IMG/VR virus record: IMGVR_UViG_3300044712_000810
Coordinates: 248,001 to 312,000 of that record
Reading direction: 5' to 3' (one strand)
Length of the DNA: 64,000 nt
Shown: one piece after another, positions 36,801-45,098 of the stretch
Layout: each line of letters begins with the position of its first letter
Numbering within the stretch: the stretch's first letter is position 1
The notes under the pieces: model-generated
Seen by the model: only the letters and a program-made list of their open reading frames with translations
Database searches by the model: none
What the model was told of the DNA's origin: nothing
Translations under genes and position numbers: made by a program

Positions 36801-36824
36801 TTTTAACTTTTTTGGAGAAACACA

Positions 36825-36995
36825 ATGAAAATGCAATTAATGGTTAAATGTCATTATTCAAACAAACGTGATTGTCCATTTTATGGCGAAACAGAATTTC
36901 ATCATACTGAAGGATGTTCACATTGTGTAACTTCATTGTGTACCAATAAGATTGCAATTAGCGATTTTTTAAAACAACTTATAGCTGATAAATAA
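36825..36995 (+). CDS. Cys-rich small protein, K(-7) family (not in ORF track)
   Basis: 56 aa, KCHYSNKRDCPFY...DFLKQLIADK; SD GGAG. Confidence 0.55.
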   Translation: MKMQLMVKCHYSNKRDCPFYGETEFHHTEGCSHCVTSLCTNKIAISDFLKQLIADK

Positions 36996-36996
36996 A

Positions 36997-37071
36997 GCGG
37001 GTGTAACTCAGCGGTAGAGTTCAACATTGCCAATGTTGCTGTCGTGGGTTCGAATCCCATCACCCGCTCCA
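36997..37071 (+). tRNA. tRNA-Gly(GCC)
   Basis: CAACA-TT GCC AA-TGTTG. Confidence 0.9.
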
Positions 37072-37083
37072 TCTTTCTTAAAC

Positions 37084-37159
37084 GGGTCAGTAGTTCAATT
37101 GGTAGAGCAGCGGTCTCCAAAACCGTTAGTTGTGGGTTCGAGTCCTACCTGGCCCGCCA
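37084..37159 (+). tRNA. tRNA-Trp(CCA)
   Basis: CT CCA AA; G73. Confidence 0.9.
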
Positions 37160-37180
37160 CCTTTTAACCGGAGTAGTAAC

Positions 37181-37414
37181 ATGCCTGCATTAATTTGGTT
37201 GATTACAGGCGCAGCAACAGTCGTGTCAGCATTGAAGTATCTTGCCGACAAACAGGAAACCGACAACAAACAAACCGAACTTGGAAACAAGATTGTTGAA
37301 CAGAATTTGAAAATTCAACAACTTGAACAAAAGATCAAGTCCGATGCAGAAGTTCGCGCCAAGGCAGTTAAAATCATCGAAGAACACTACAAGCCTGAAG
37401 AGGACGATAAGTAA
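37181..37414 (+). CDS. Membrane-anchored coiled-coil protein
   Basis: N-terminal TM helix followed by a coiled coil. Confidence 0.55.
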   Translation: MPALIWLITGAATVVSALKYLADKQETDNKQTELGNKIVEQNLKIQQLEQKIKSDAEVRAKAVKIIEEHYKPEEDDK

Positions 37415-38136
37415 TGAAACGTTATCTTCTGCTCCTGTTTATGTGCATACTTCCTTTCATCACTGGTTGTGAACCTGGTGAAGGTGAAGTTAAGTACAAA
37501 AACAAATTCTTGCCATTACTATCTGCTCCTGAAGCAGCAATATATAAGAAAGTTCAAAAAGAATGGGATTATTCATATTTGATGCCAATCCGAAATGCGA
37601 TTTATCTTCGTCTTTCAGCGCCGGCTGATACTGATCTTCCATTCTATGATATTGCACCAACATTGGTGTTCATGAATGAGAAATATCTTAAAGAAAAAAA
37701 TAAAGATTTTAAATCCAAAAACATACTCTTTAGTGATATTAATGAATCATGGTGGGCGGCATTAGTTTCAAACGTTGAAAAAAGTGGCATCGATCTCAAT
37801 CAAATGATGGTTGATAAAGATAAACAGATTATCGTAACTATTTACGATGGTCGTCCACAAAAGAATCTGACTACTCCACAACCACCAAAGGTTGAAGTAA
37901 AGAAACCTGATATTAAAGAAACTAACATCGACAAAGTTGATGTTTCCGAATTACTTCCATATACTGAATATGAAATGCTTATGAAAGAAACCAAAACTTG
38001 CAGTTACGCGACTGAAATGCTTCTTAAGAAGCTTCGCGGTCAAAGATATCTATTCAAACAAGATAAAGATGAAATCATGCGTGAAGTTCTATTCTGTAAG
38101 AATATTGAACTTCAACAGCTGATTACAACTAAATAG
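37414..38136 (+). CDS. Lipoprotein
   Basis: MKRYLLLLFMCILPFITGC lipobox. Confidence 0.65.
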   Translation: MKRYLLLLFMCILPFITGCEPGEGEVKYKNKFLPLLSAPEAAIYKKVQKEWDYSYLMPIRNAIYLRLSAPADTDLPFYDIAPTLVFMNEKYLKEKNKDFKSKNILFSDINESWWAALVSNVEKSGIDLNQMMVDKDKQIIVTIYDGRPQKNLTTPQPPKVEVKKPDIKETNIDKVDVSELLPYTEYEMLMKETKTCSYATEMLLKKLRGQRYLFKQDKDEIMREVLFCKNIELQQLITTK

Positions 38137-38144
38137 TATAGCAT

Positions 38145-38220
38145 GTTGGCGGTAGCTCAGTGGTAGAGCGCCTGGTTGTGGCCCAGGTGGTCGCGGGTTC
38201 AAATCCCGTCCGTCACCCCA
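38145..38220 (+). tRNA. tRNA-His(GTG)
   Basis: G-1:C73; TT GTG GC. Confidence 0.88.
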
Positions 38221-38249
38221 TTTTTACACATACCAAAGGAGACTAAACG

Positions 38250-38765
38250 ATGGCACTAGAGATCGAACGCAAATTCATGGTGAAGCGAGTTCCAACAGAA
38301 CTCAAATGCATCAAAGAGGTGCATATTTGGCAAGGCTATCTTGCCAATGCTCCCGGAAAGACCGTTCGAGTTCGAGTCATCGACTCTACTCCCGGTCCTC
38401 GTATTGGCATGTTGACCATCAAGATCAATGTGTCAGATTTGTGCAGTAAACACAACTGCCGCGAGGAACTCGAATACGAGATTCCTTTGGAAGACGCATA
38501 TCTACTCCTCAAGAACTGCGGAGGCATCGCAATCGAAAAGATCAGAAAGGTCTATGTTTGCGAACATGGTTATCATTGGGAAATTGACAATTTCCTGGAT
38601 GAAAACAACAGAGGTCTCACAATGGCCGAAGTCGAAATGAAGTCTGAACAGGATTACATCCCGGACAACAAACTTCCTGAATGGCTTGGCTATGAAGTGA
38701 CCAATGATCCCAGATATCTCAATGAGAATTTGGCAAATCGCGGATTTAACACTTGGGGAATTTAA
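38250..38765 (+). CDS. CYTH-domain protein (triphosphate tunnel metalloenzyme)
   Basis: EIERKF, VRVR, IEKIR, WEID, AEVE, EVTNDPRY. Confidence 0.9.
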   Translation: MALEIERKFMVKRVPTELKCIKEVHIWQGYLANAPGKTVRVRVIDSTPGPRIGMLTIKINVSDLCSKHNCREELEYEIPLEDAYLLLKNCGGIAIEKIRKVYVCEHGYHWEIDNFLDENNRGLTMAEVEMKSEQDYIPDNKLPEWLGYEVTNDPRYLNENLANRGFNTWGI

Positions 38766-38771
38766 CAAAGT

Positions 38772-38849
38772 GGTCTGGTAGTTCAGTTGGTCTAGAACGC
38801 TACACTGTCACTGTAGAGGTCGAGGGTTCGAATCCCTTCCAGATCGCCA
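38772..38849 (+). tRNA. tRNA-Asp(GTC)
   Basis: CT GTC AC; G73. Confidence 0.9.
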
Positions 38850-38871
38850 TTAACTTTTACACGAGGTAAAC

Positions 38872-39462
38872 ATGTTCGACCCGGCAACTGCACTTTTTGC
38901 ATCAATCATGGCTCTTACAGGTTGGGGTTTCGTAACCGCAATCGGCACTTTCGTCATCGGATGTCTCGTCATGATCTTCATGCTCGAGGAGTCGATGTAC
39001 GGTAAAGGTTCCATCACGATCATCGTGTGGTACGCAATCATCGACTGGCTTCTCCAGTGGAAGATGTCACTCTTCATCTGGAACAATCCGATGAAGTTTG
39101 GCATTTACGTCGTTGCATTCTGCTGTATCGGCCTTGTCTGGTCGGTCATCAAGCTTATGTTCTACATGAGCAAAAGACGTTCGAAGTTCCAGGAATATAA
39201 AGATTCCTGGATGAAAGCGAATAAACCAAACATGTCAGACATTGATGCTGCATGGTTGGAACACTACAAAACAAATTATGTTCAAGGCATGATTCCTTCT
39301 TTCCCGAAGGCAAAGATCATGGCGTGGATGGCCTATTGGCCGTTCTCCATTTTGGAGTCATTCCTTAGTGACGTTGTGCGTAGTCTGTTCAACGCATTGT
39401 ACGATACATTCGGAAAAATCCACAGAAACATTTACGCGTACTATCGCAAGCAATTCAATTAA
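38872..39462 (+). CDS. Membrane protein
   Basis: Several TM helices at the N-terminus; AWMAYWPFS. Confidence 0.6.
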   Translation: MFDPATALFASIMALTGWGFVTAIGTFVIGCLVMIFMLEESMYGKGSITIIVWYAIIDWLLQWKMSLFIWNNPMKFGIYVVAFCCIGLVWSVIKLMFYMSKRRSKFQEYKDSWMKANKPNMSDIDAAWLEHYKTNYVQGMIPSFPKAKIMAWMAYWPFSILESFLSDVVRSLFNALYDTFGKIHRNIYAYYRKQFN

Positions 39463-39468
39463 CAACGT

Positions 39469-39544
39469 GGGAAGTTAGCTCAGTTGGTAGAGCGCAGTGC
39501 TGATAACGCTGAGGTCAGTGGTTCGATCCCACTACTTCCTACCA
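39469..39544 (+). tRNA. tRNA-Ile(GAT)
   Basis: CT GAT AA. Confidence 0.9.
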
Positions 39545-39568
39545 TTTTTACTAATACACGGAGAAAGC

Positions 39569-40084
39569 ATGAAACGCATCTTACCGTTGCTGTTACTTGC
39601 AGTGTTTCTCGCATCTTGCGGAGATAATAAACCTCCCAACCCTGTTCAGATTGAACAAACATCATCTGATAACGTCGTCACAAAAAAGATTGTGGTGAAC
39701 AAAAACTCACCACTATTCTACGACGTGAAACTCAGTGATGGAACAACTCGTCGGTTCGCAGCGACTTTCAAAGATGTCGAAAGACTCTCTGATGGTCGGT
39801 CAGTTCCGATTGATGTTGCATGGCAGGTTGAAGTGGCGGAAAAAGAGATCCTCAAAAACCAACTTGAGGAAAATCAACCATCAGAAGAACCTGCATACAA
39901 ATACAAGTCTCGTAATGTTGAACTGTACTATCAAGAAAAACTTGTAGCACAGTATACAACACATGCACCATTCTCAACGGATGGTTGGACGTATGTTGGT
40001 ATTGTTGGAAAAAACAATATCAATCATCACATTTACATCAACGGTGCATACCGAATGGTATTAACTTCTGATGAAAACGAATAA
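39569..40084 (+). CDS. Lipoprotein
   Basis: MKRILPLLLLAVFLASC lipobox. Confidence 0.65.
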   Translation: MKRILPLLLLAVFLASCGDNKPPNPVQIEQTSSDNVVTKKIVVNKNSPLFYDVKLSDGTTRRFAATFKDVERLSDGRSVPIDVAWQVEVAEKEILKNQLEENQPSEEPAYKYKSRNVELYYQEKLVAQYTTHAPFSTDGWTYVGIVGKNNINHHIYINGAYRMVLTSDENE

Positions 40085-40619
40085 ACTATATTCCGTGGCA
40101 TTGATCTGGTTTCTCTTCATGGGAGACTCGATTACCCTCGGTCTAAACAAAAAAGAAAATCGTGATCTATTGCCCCAAAACAGCGTCGTAAAGGCGATGA
40201 ATGGAGCGACCACGAATTTCATGTTGATGTACGACGAGTACATCTGGAAACCAAAACAACTCAAACGCGTGATTCTCATGTTCGGTGTGAACGAGATTTC
40301 TGCGACTTCATACAATGAGAACTTCCTTGTTAACTACGAGGCGGAACTCAAGTATATCCAGAAGTTTCGACCGGACGTTGAAGTTTACGTGATGAGCATA
40401 TTACCAGTGCGATCTAAGAAGATCAACAATATACTGGTAAGTGAAGCGAACCAACGGTTACAACAACTTGTTGAATCGCAACACAACTCCAAGATCAAAT
40501 TCATTAACTGTCATGACGCATTTGTGTCGCCTGATGGGAAGATGAATATGGCACTATCGACTGATGGTATACACCTAAATCGAAAAGGCTATGAGGTCTT
40601 GGCAACCTTTATACAATGA
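40071..40619 (+). CDS. SGNH/GDSL hydrolase
   Basis: GDSIT, FGVNE, DGIHLN..GY. Confidence 0.85.
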   Translation: MKTNKLYSVALIWFLFMGDSITLGLNKKENRDLLPQNSVVKAMNGATTNFMLMYDEYIWKPKQLKRVILMFGVNEISATSYNENFLVNYEAELKYIQKFRPDVEVYVMSILPVRSKKINNILVSEANQRLQQLVESQHNSKIKFINCHDAFVSPDGKMNMALSTDGIHLNRKGYEVLATFIQ

Positions 40620-40659
40620 ACATCCGGGAGGATGAAATACTCCTCCCGGTTTTCTAATT

Positions 40660-40745
40660 GCGATAGTGTCCCGAGCGGCAAAGGGGGAAGACTGTAAATC
40701 TTCTGTCATTCGACTTCGGTGGTTCGAGTCCATCCTATCGCACCA
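40660..40745 (+). tRNA. tRNA-Tyr(GTA)
   Basis: Class II; CT GTA AA. Confidence 0.9.
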
Positions 40746-40766
40746 TTTTTAACTTTTTATTATTGT

Positions 40767-40861
40767 GCTCCAGTAGCTCAATTGGCAGAGCATCCGGCTT
40801 ATACCCGGCTTAGCGGCTGATTACCGTAAGGTTGTGGGTTCGATTCCTACCTGGAGTACCA
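40767..40861 (+). tRNA. tRNA-Ile(TAT) with long variable arm
   Basis: CCGG-CT TAT AC-CCGG; V-arm CTTAGCGG/CCGTAAG; A73. Confidence 0.8.
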
Positions 40862-40888
40862 TTTTTTAACTTTTCTTTGGAGGCTTCT

Positions 40889-41071
40889 GTGAGTATCGAA
40901 ATTTGTATGAGTGTTAAGAAAGCAAAGAAAATTATCGATGCGATTGATAAATACGAAGAAACACTCCCAAAACTTGAAATTCAAGATGGTAATTTACAAT
41001 CAGATACTTATGGAATTTTATCTACATTAGATGAACTTCGTAATATGATAGTAGAGGAAATGGATGAGTGA
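40889..41071 (+). CDS. Hypothetical protein
   Basis: SD GGAGG before GTG. Confidence 0.45.
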   Translation: MSIEICMSVKKAKKIIDAIDKYEETLPKLEIQDGNLQSDTYGILSTLDELRNMIVEEMDE

Positions 41072-41246
41072 TATAACTGTTGGTTTATATAATGATGAAG
41101 TAGAAGATTTTATTGAAGCTATTGTTGATTTAAAACATTTAGCAGAACAAACATCTATTGAAACGATTAATGAAAAACAAAGATTACATAATATTATTAC
41201 ACGCATTGAAGTAGTTCAAGGACATATCCTTGATGAATATGTATAG
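41064..41246 (+). CDS. Hypothetical protein
   Basis: 60-aa ORF, coupled to the previous gene. Confidence 0.45.
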   Translation: MSDITVGLYNDEVEDFIEAIVDLKHLAEQTSIETINEKQRLHNIITRIEVVQGHILDEYV

Positions 41247-41415
41247 GAGAAATAAATATGGCCGATGATACTTTTGATTTTATAGTTAAAAAGATCGAAC
41301 AAGTAACCGATACTGTGTCCGAAGTGGCATCAGTTGAAAGTAAAATAACGGCTAAAAAGGAAGAGTTTAAGAAACTCATTGAAGAAGTTCTAACAGAGAA
41401 GGGAGTAATTTAGAA

Positions 41416-42036
41416 ATGCGTGATGATCTGACTGAAATCGTATTTATTGTTGATCGTTCCGGTTCAATGGGCATGATTCGTAATGACGTAATCGGTGGAT
41501 TCAACACATTTATCAAGGATCAAAAAGCTGTTCCTGGTAATGCAAATGTTAGTTTAATTCAATTCGATGATAAATACGAAGTCAATTATTTGACAAAAGA
41601 TATTAATCAGGTTGAAGATCTGAATGCTGCTACTTATCAGCCTCGTGGAATGACTGCTCTTAATGATGCAATCGGCAAGACTATCATCAGTGTTGGTGAT
41701 AAACTTGCAAAGATATCTGAGACTGATCGTCCTGGAAAGGTCGTATTTGTTATCATGACCGATGGACATGAAAATAACAGCAAAGAATATGTTGGTGCCG
41801 CAGGTACTGAACAGATTAAAAAGATGATCACACATCAAAAAGAAAAATATAATTGGGAATTCTTGTTCATCGGCGGAGATCTGGATGTACAGGCAATGGC
41901 CCAAACTTATAACTTTGATACAAACAAGGTCCTTTGTTTTGATAAATCAGCCAAAGGAACTGAAACCATGTACGCCACACTGTCTGCTTCAATCAGCAAC
42001 TATCGTGGTGGCGCAAAGCTTTCATTCGAAAAATAA
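41416..42036 (+). CDS. von Willebrand factor A domain protein
   Basis: MIDAS motif DRSGSM, TALNDAIG, VIMTDGHEN. Confidence 0.88.
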   Translation: MRDDLTEIVFIVDRSGSMGMIRNDVIGGFNTFIKDQKAVPGNANVSLIQFDDKYEVNYLTKDINQVEDLNAATYQPRGMTALNDAIGKTIISVGDKLAKISETDRPGKVVFVIMTDGHENNSKEYVGAAGTEQIKKMITHQKEKYNWEFLFIGGDLDVQAMAQTYNFDTNKVLCFDKSAKGTETMYATLSASISNYRGGAKLSFEK

Positions 42037-42154
42037 AGGAGACCACTATGTGGTAGGTGAAAACTAGTCCACCGTAGGGTAATTCTAGAAGTCCTCCTTA
42101 ATCTAATTGTTGGTTGGTGCAATGCCATCTTAACTTTTAGACAGGAGAACTACA

Positions 42155-42499
42155 ATGTTTGGTCTTTACGATCTTAAGAATCATCAAATTCGTTTGGCAA
42201 AGGCTATTAAAAATAGTAACAACAATAAAATTGGTTATTCTGAATTTCAATCAGAACTTGAAGGTTGTAGAAAAATCTACGGCGATAAAGCTTTAAAAAG
42301 AGCTTATTATGATGCCAGTTATGAATTCAGACATCATCATATCGCATATTGTGAACTTCGCGGCAAAACTCGTGAAATGATTGAAATTCCAGCAGATAAT
42401 CATTTACCAAACGAAGACTATATTAAGGAAATCAAAAAATTTTGGCAGGAGAAGATCGATGAAGCTTTACGTGCTCGTCAGGAAAGATCTAACTCCTAG
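42155..42499 (+). CDS. Hypothetical protein
   Basis: SD AGGAG; RHHHIAYCELRGK. Confidence 0.6.
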   Translation: MFGLYDLKNHQIRLAKAIKNSNNNKIGYSEFQSELEGCRKIYGDKALKRAYYDASYEFRHHHIAYCELRGKTREMIEIPADNHLPNEDYIKEIKKFWQEKIDEALRARQERSNS

Positions 42500-42746
42500 T
42501 CAACAAGCGGTGCAGGCAGGTCATGCAGTCGCTGAATATTTAATTAAAAATACAAACCAATGGACAAACGAAACACTCGTTTATCTTGGAGTTCAAAACT
42601 TAGAAGAATTGCATAAGTGGATGCAGAAACTAGATTCAAAAAACATTGAATACACACAATTCAATGAACCAGATTTAGAAAATCAAGCAACTGCAATCGC
42701 TATTTGCAATAACGATAAGGAATTCAAAAAACTAAAACTAATTTAA
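42459..42746 (+). CDS. Peptidyl-tRNA hydrolase Pth2-like protein (short phage type)
   Basis: LYVLVRKDL...QAVQAGHA...FNEPDLENQATAIA. Confidence 0.7.
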   Translation: MKLYVLVRKDLTPSQQAVQAGHAVAEYLIKNTNQWTNETLVYLGVQNLEELHKWMQKLDSKNIEYTQFNEPDLENQATAIAICNNDKEFKKLKLI

Positions 42747-42821
42747 CTCTGTATAGCTCAGTGGCAGAGCTGGGAACTCTAAATTCCCCGGTCGCGAGTT
42801 CGAGTCTCGCTACAGAGGCCA
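42747..42821 (+). tRNA. Amber suppressor tRNA (anticodon CTA)
   Basis: CTCTGTA/TACAGAG, G73, CCA; GGGAA-CT CTA AA-TTCCC; canonical D-loop GG and TTCG. Confidence 0.88.
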
Positions 42822-42825
42822 ATAT

Positions 42826-43090
42826 TAAGTACAACTCTCCGTAAACCGCTAACATTCAACATCATAGATATTTATTGAAGAATGAAAATATACTTTTATG
42901 AAAGTATATTATATTTCTATGATGATCACACGATGACAAAATTGAATGTATATGTTTACAAGAGGTCAGGGTAACGAGGCTTTGTTGACAGCCAAAGGCC
43001 ACGGCTCGAGAAGCTAAGTGTCGACAGTTTATATAACTTAGAATTATATTAAAATTTGTCGACGGTTGGTTCGAATCCAACGTGTACTTA
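42826..43090 (+). ncRNA. About 265-nt structured RNA with tRNA-like acceptor stem and T-arm
   Basis: TAAGTACA/TGTACTTA closes the element; GTTGG-TTCGAAT-CCAAC T-arm; 130-nt rod hairpin inside. Confidence 0.6.
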
Positions 43091-43095
43091 CAACA

Positions 43096-43140
43096 CGGGA
43101 TGGTGTAAAAACCATCCCGAATTTTTATTATTTCTCTTTT
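43096..43140 (+). terminator. Intrinsic terminator
   Basis: CGGGATGGT-GTAAAA-ACCATCCCG followed by a T tract. Confidence 0.75.
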
Positions 43141-43151
43141 CATATAGAAAT
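43141..43151 (+). promoter_or_regulatory. Recurrent promoter-like motif
   Basis: CATATAGAAAT. Confidence 0.6.
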
Positions 43152-43190
43152 AATACGAATACAAAACCTCATATGACGGAGGTATCAAAG

Positions 43191-43601
43191 ATGACAGAAT
43201 TTACTGTCAAGAAAAAAATGAACATTATGTTCGATTTACATGGGGTAATCGGTGAATATCCCGATCTTTTTAAACCTTTTATGAAATCCTTACGGATTCT
43301 TGATCATAAAGTATTTGTTTGTAGTGGTCCAACACTTCCAAAAATCAAACAAGAACTTGAAGATTTAGGATATCGCAGAGGATGGCATTACGATGAAGTT
43401 ATTTCCGTAGTCGACTATCTCGTTGCAAATGGCACAGAATTCGAATACGATGAAAAAGGCGATCCTTGGACTGACGATGAAACATGGTTTAAGTCTAAAG
43501 GCGAAATCGCTAAATTAAACAACATTCATATTATGATTGATGATTCTGAAAAGTACAAACAATTCGTGGACAAGGAAACATTATTTTTCCTAGTTAAATA
43601 A
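43191..43601 (+). CDS. HAD-superfamily-like protein
   Basis: MFDLHGVI, VCSG, MIDDS. Confidence 0.55.
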   Translation: MTEFTVKKKMNIMFDLHGVIGEYPDLFKPFMKSLRILDHKVFVCSGPTLPKIKQELEDLGYRRGWHYDEVISVVDYLVANGTEFEYDEKGDPWTDDETWFKSKGEIAKLNNIHIMIDDSEKYKQFVDKETLFFLVK

Positions 43602-43675
43602 CGTGTTATATATGCCAAGTTAGAGGTTTACATAATCTCTAATGAAACATATGTGACCAAACAAAGGAGTTTGAC

Positions 43676-45097
43676 ATGTTATGTCAAGACAACATTTTGG
43701 TTAATACTGATTCGTATAAATCTTCTCACTTCCTCCAATACCCTCCTGGTACTGAGGTGGTGAGCAGTTATATCGAGTCACGTAACGCTGGCAGATGGCC
43801 TCGCACCATCTTTTTCGGTCTTCAGATGTTCATCAAAGAATATCTGCTCAGACCATTTACTCTTGCGGATATTGAATTCGCCAAAGATTTCTGGGAAATG
43901 CATGGCGAACCTTTCAATTTCGATGGTGCAAAATACATCTATGATCAATATGGCGGATACCTTCCGGTCACCATTCAGGCGGTCAAGGAAGGAACAAATA
44001 TTGAAACCAGTAACGTCCTTGTGCAACTGAGAAACAATGGTGGTGAAAAAACCTCATGGATTACCAACTTCCTTGAAACTTCATTGCTTCGTGGTGTTTG
44101 GTATCCAACTTCAATTGCAACTCTCAGTTTCATGTGTAAGAAGATCATTTACAATGCTCTTCAACTCACAGCTGACAATCCTGATGCTGAAATTCTGTTT
44201 AAACTTCATGATTTCGGTTTCCGTGGAGTCTCTTCGTGGGAATCTGCCGCTATCGGCGGTTGTGCCCACTTGGTGAACTTCATGGGTTCTGATACAGTAG
44301 CAGGCGTTTTGGCAGCACGCAATTACTACAATGAAAAAATGGCTGGATTTAGCATTCCTGCATCTGAGCACAGCACGATTACATCGTGGGGTCCAGGTAT
44401 GGAAGCAGAAGCATTCTTGAACATGATCAATCGTTTCGGAGGCAAAGGCAAGCTTTACGCTTGTGTGTCCGATTCGTATGATATTTGGAATGCCGTCGAA
44501 AACATCTGGCCATCTCTGAAAGACGCAATCATCGAGAAGGGCGGAACTCTTGTAGTTCGTCCCGATAGTGGAAATCCTGTAGCAGTTGTTGCAGGTGTCA
44601 TTGAAAGACTTATGTCGAAGTTTGGATGGACTGAAAACTCGAAAGGTTATCGTGTCCTTCCTGAATACATTCGCGTTATTCAAGGCGATGGAATCGATGA
44701 AGAATCAATTCGTGATATCTTACAAGAATTGCAATTCAGAAAGATCAGTGCATCAAACGTTGCTTTTGGCATGGGTGGTGCGCTTCTTCAACATCTGAAT
44801 CGTGATACCCTTAGATTTGCAATGAAATGCAATAGCATTAAGCGCAACGGTTCTTGGCAGGACGTAAGCAAAAATCCAGTAACGGATTCCGGAAAGGTAT
44901 CTAAGGCAGGTCGTCTTGCCCTTATAAAAATCGATCCTGAAAAGGAAGGTCGCAGAGGCGAACCATACTTCAAGACCATCCGTGAGGATGAACTTGGAGA
45001 TCGTGAAAATTGTCTCGAGACAGTTTTTGAAAATGGTGAACTGATGCGTGAACAGTCATTCTCTGAAATTCGTGAACTCGCAGCATCGAGTTTGTAA
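43676..45097 (+). CDS. nadV: Nicotinamide phosphoribosyltransferase (Nampt)
   Basis: TDSYKSSH..QYP, KLHDFGFRG, PASEHS, VSDSYD, VRPDSG, QGDG. Confidence 0.95.
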   Translation: MLCQDNILVNTDSYKSSHFLQYPPGTEVVSSYIESRNAGRWPRTIFFGLQMFIKEYLLRPFTLADIEFAKDFWEMHGEPFNFDGAKYIYDQYGGYLPVTIQAVKEGTNIETSNVLVQLRNNGGEKTSWITNFLETSLLRGVWYPTSIATLSFMCKKIIYNALQLTADNPDAEILFKLHDFGFRGVSSWESAAIGGCAHLVNFMGSDTVAGVLAARNYYNEKMAGFSIPASEHSTITSWGPGMEAEAFLNMINRFGGKGKLYACVSDSYDIWNAVENIWPSLKDAIIEKGGTLVVRPDSGNPVAVVAGVIERLMSKFGWTENSKGYRVLPEYIRVIQGDGIDEESIRDILQELQFRKISASNVAFGMGGALLQHLNRDTLRFAMKCNSIKRNGSWQDVSKNPVTDSGKVSKAGRLALIKIDPEKEGRRGEPYFKTIREDELGDRENCLETVFENGELMREQSFSEIRELAASSL

Positions 45098-45098
45098 A

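Noticed and set aside
42747-42821. tRNA-Pyl identity for the CUA tRNA
   Set aside because: It has canonical D-loop GG, TTC, a 5-bp anticodon stem, a 5-nt variable loop and C1:G72, unlike tRNA-Pyl.
42826-43090. Canonical tmRNA (ssrA) call
   Set aside because: Lacks the GGGG 5' end, G3:U70, encoded CCA and an ALAA-type tag frame; the insert is on the D side, not the anticodon side.
42862-43188. Minus-strand 108-aa ORF over the tRNA-like RNA
   Set aside because: No SD or minus-strand promoter motif, and the sequence is better explained by plus-strand RNA structure.
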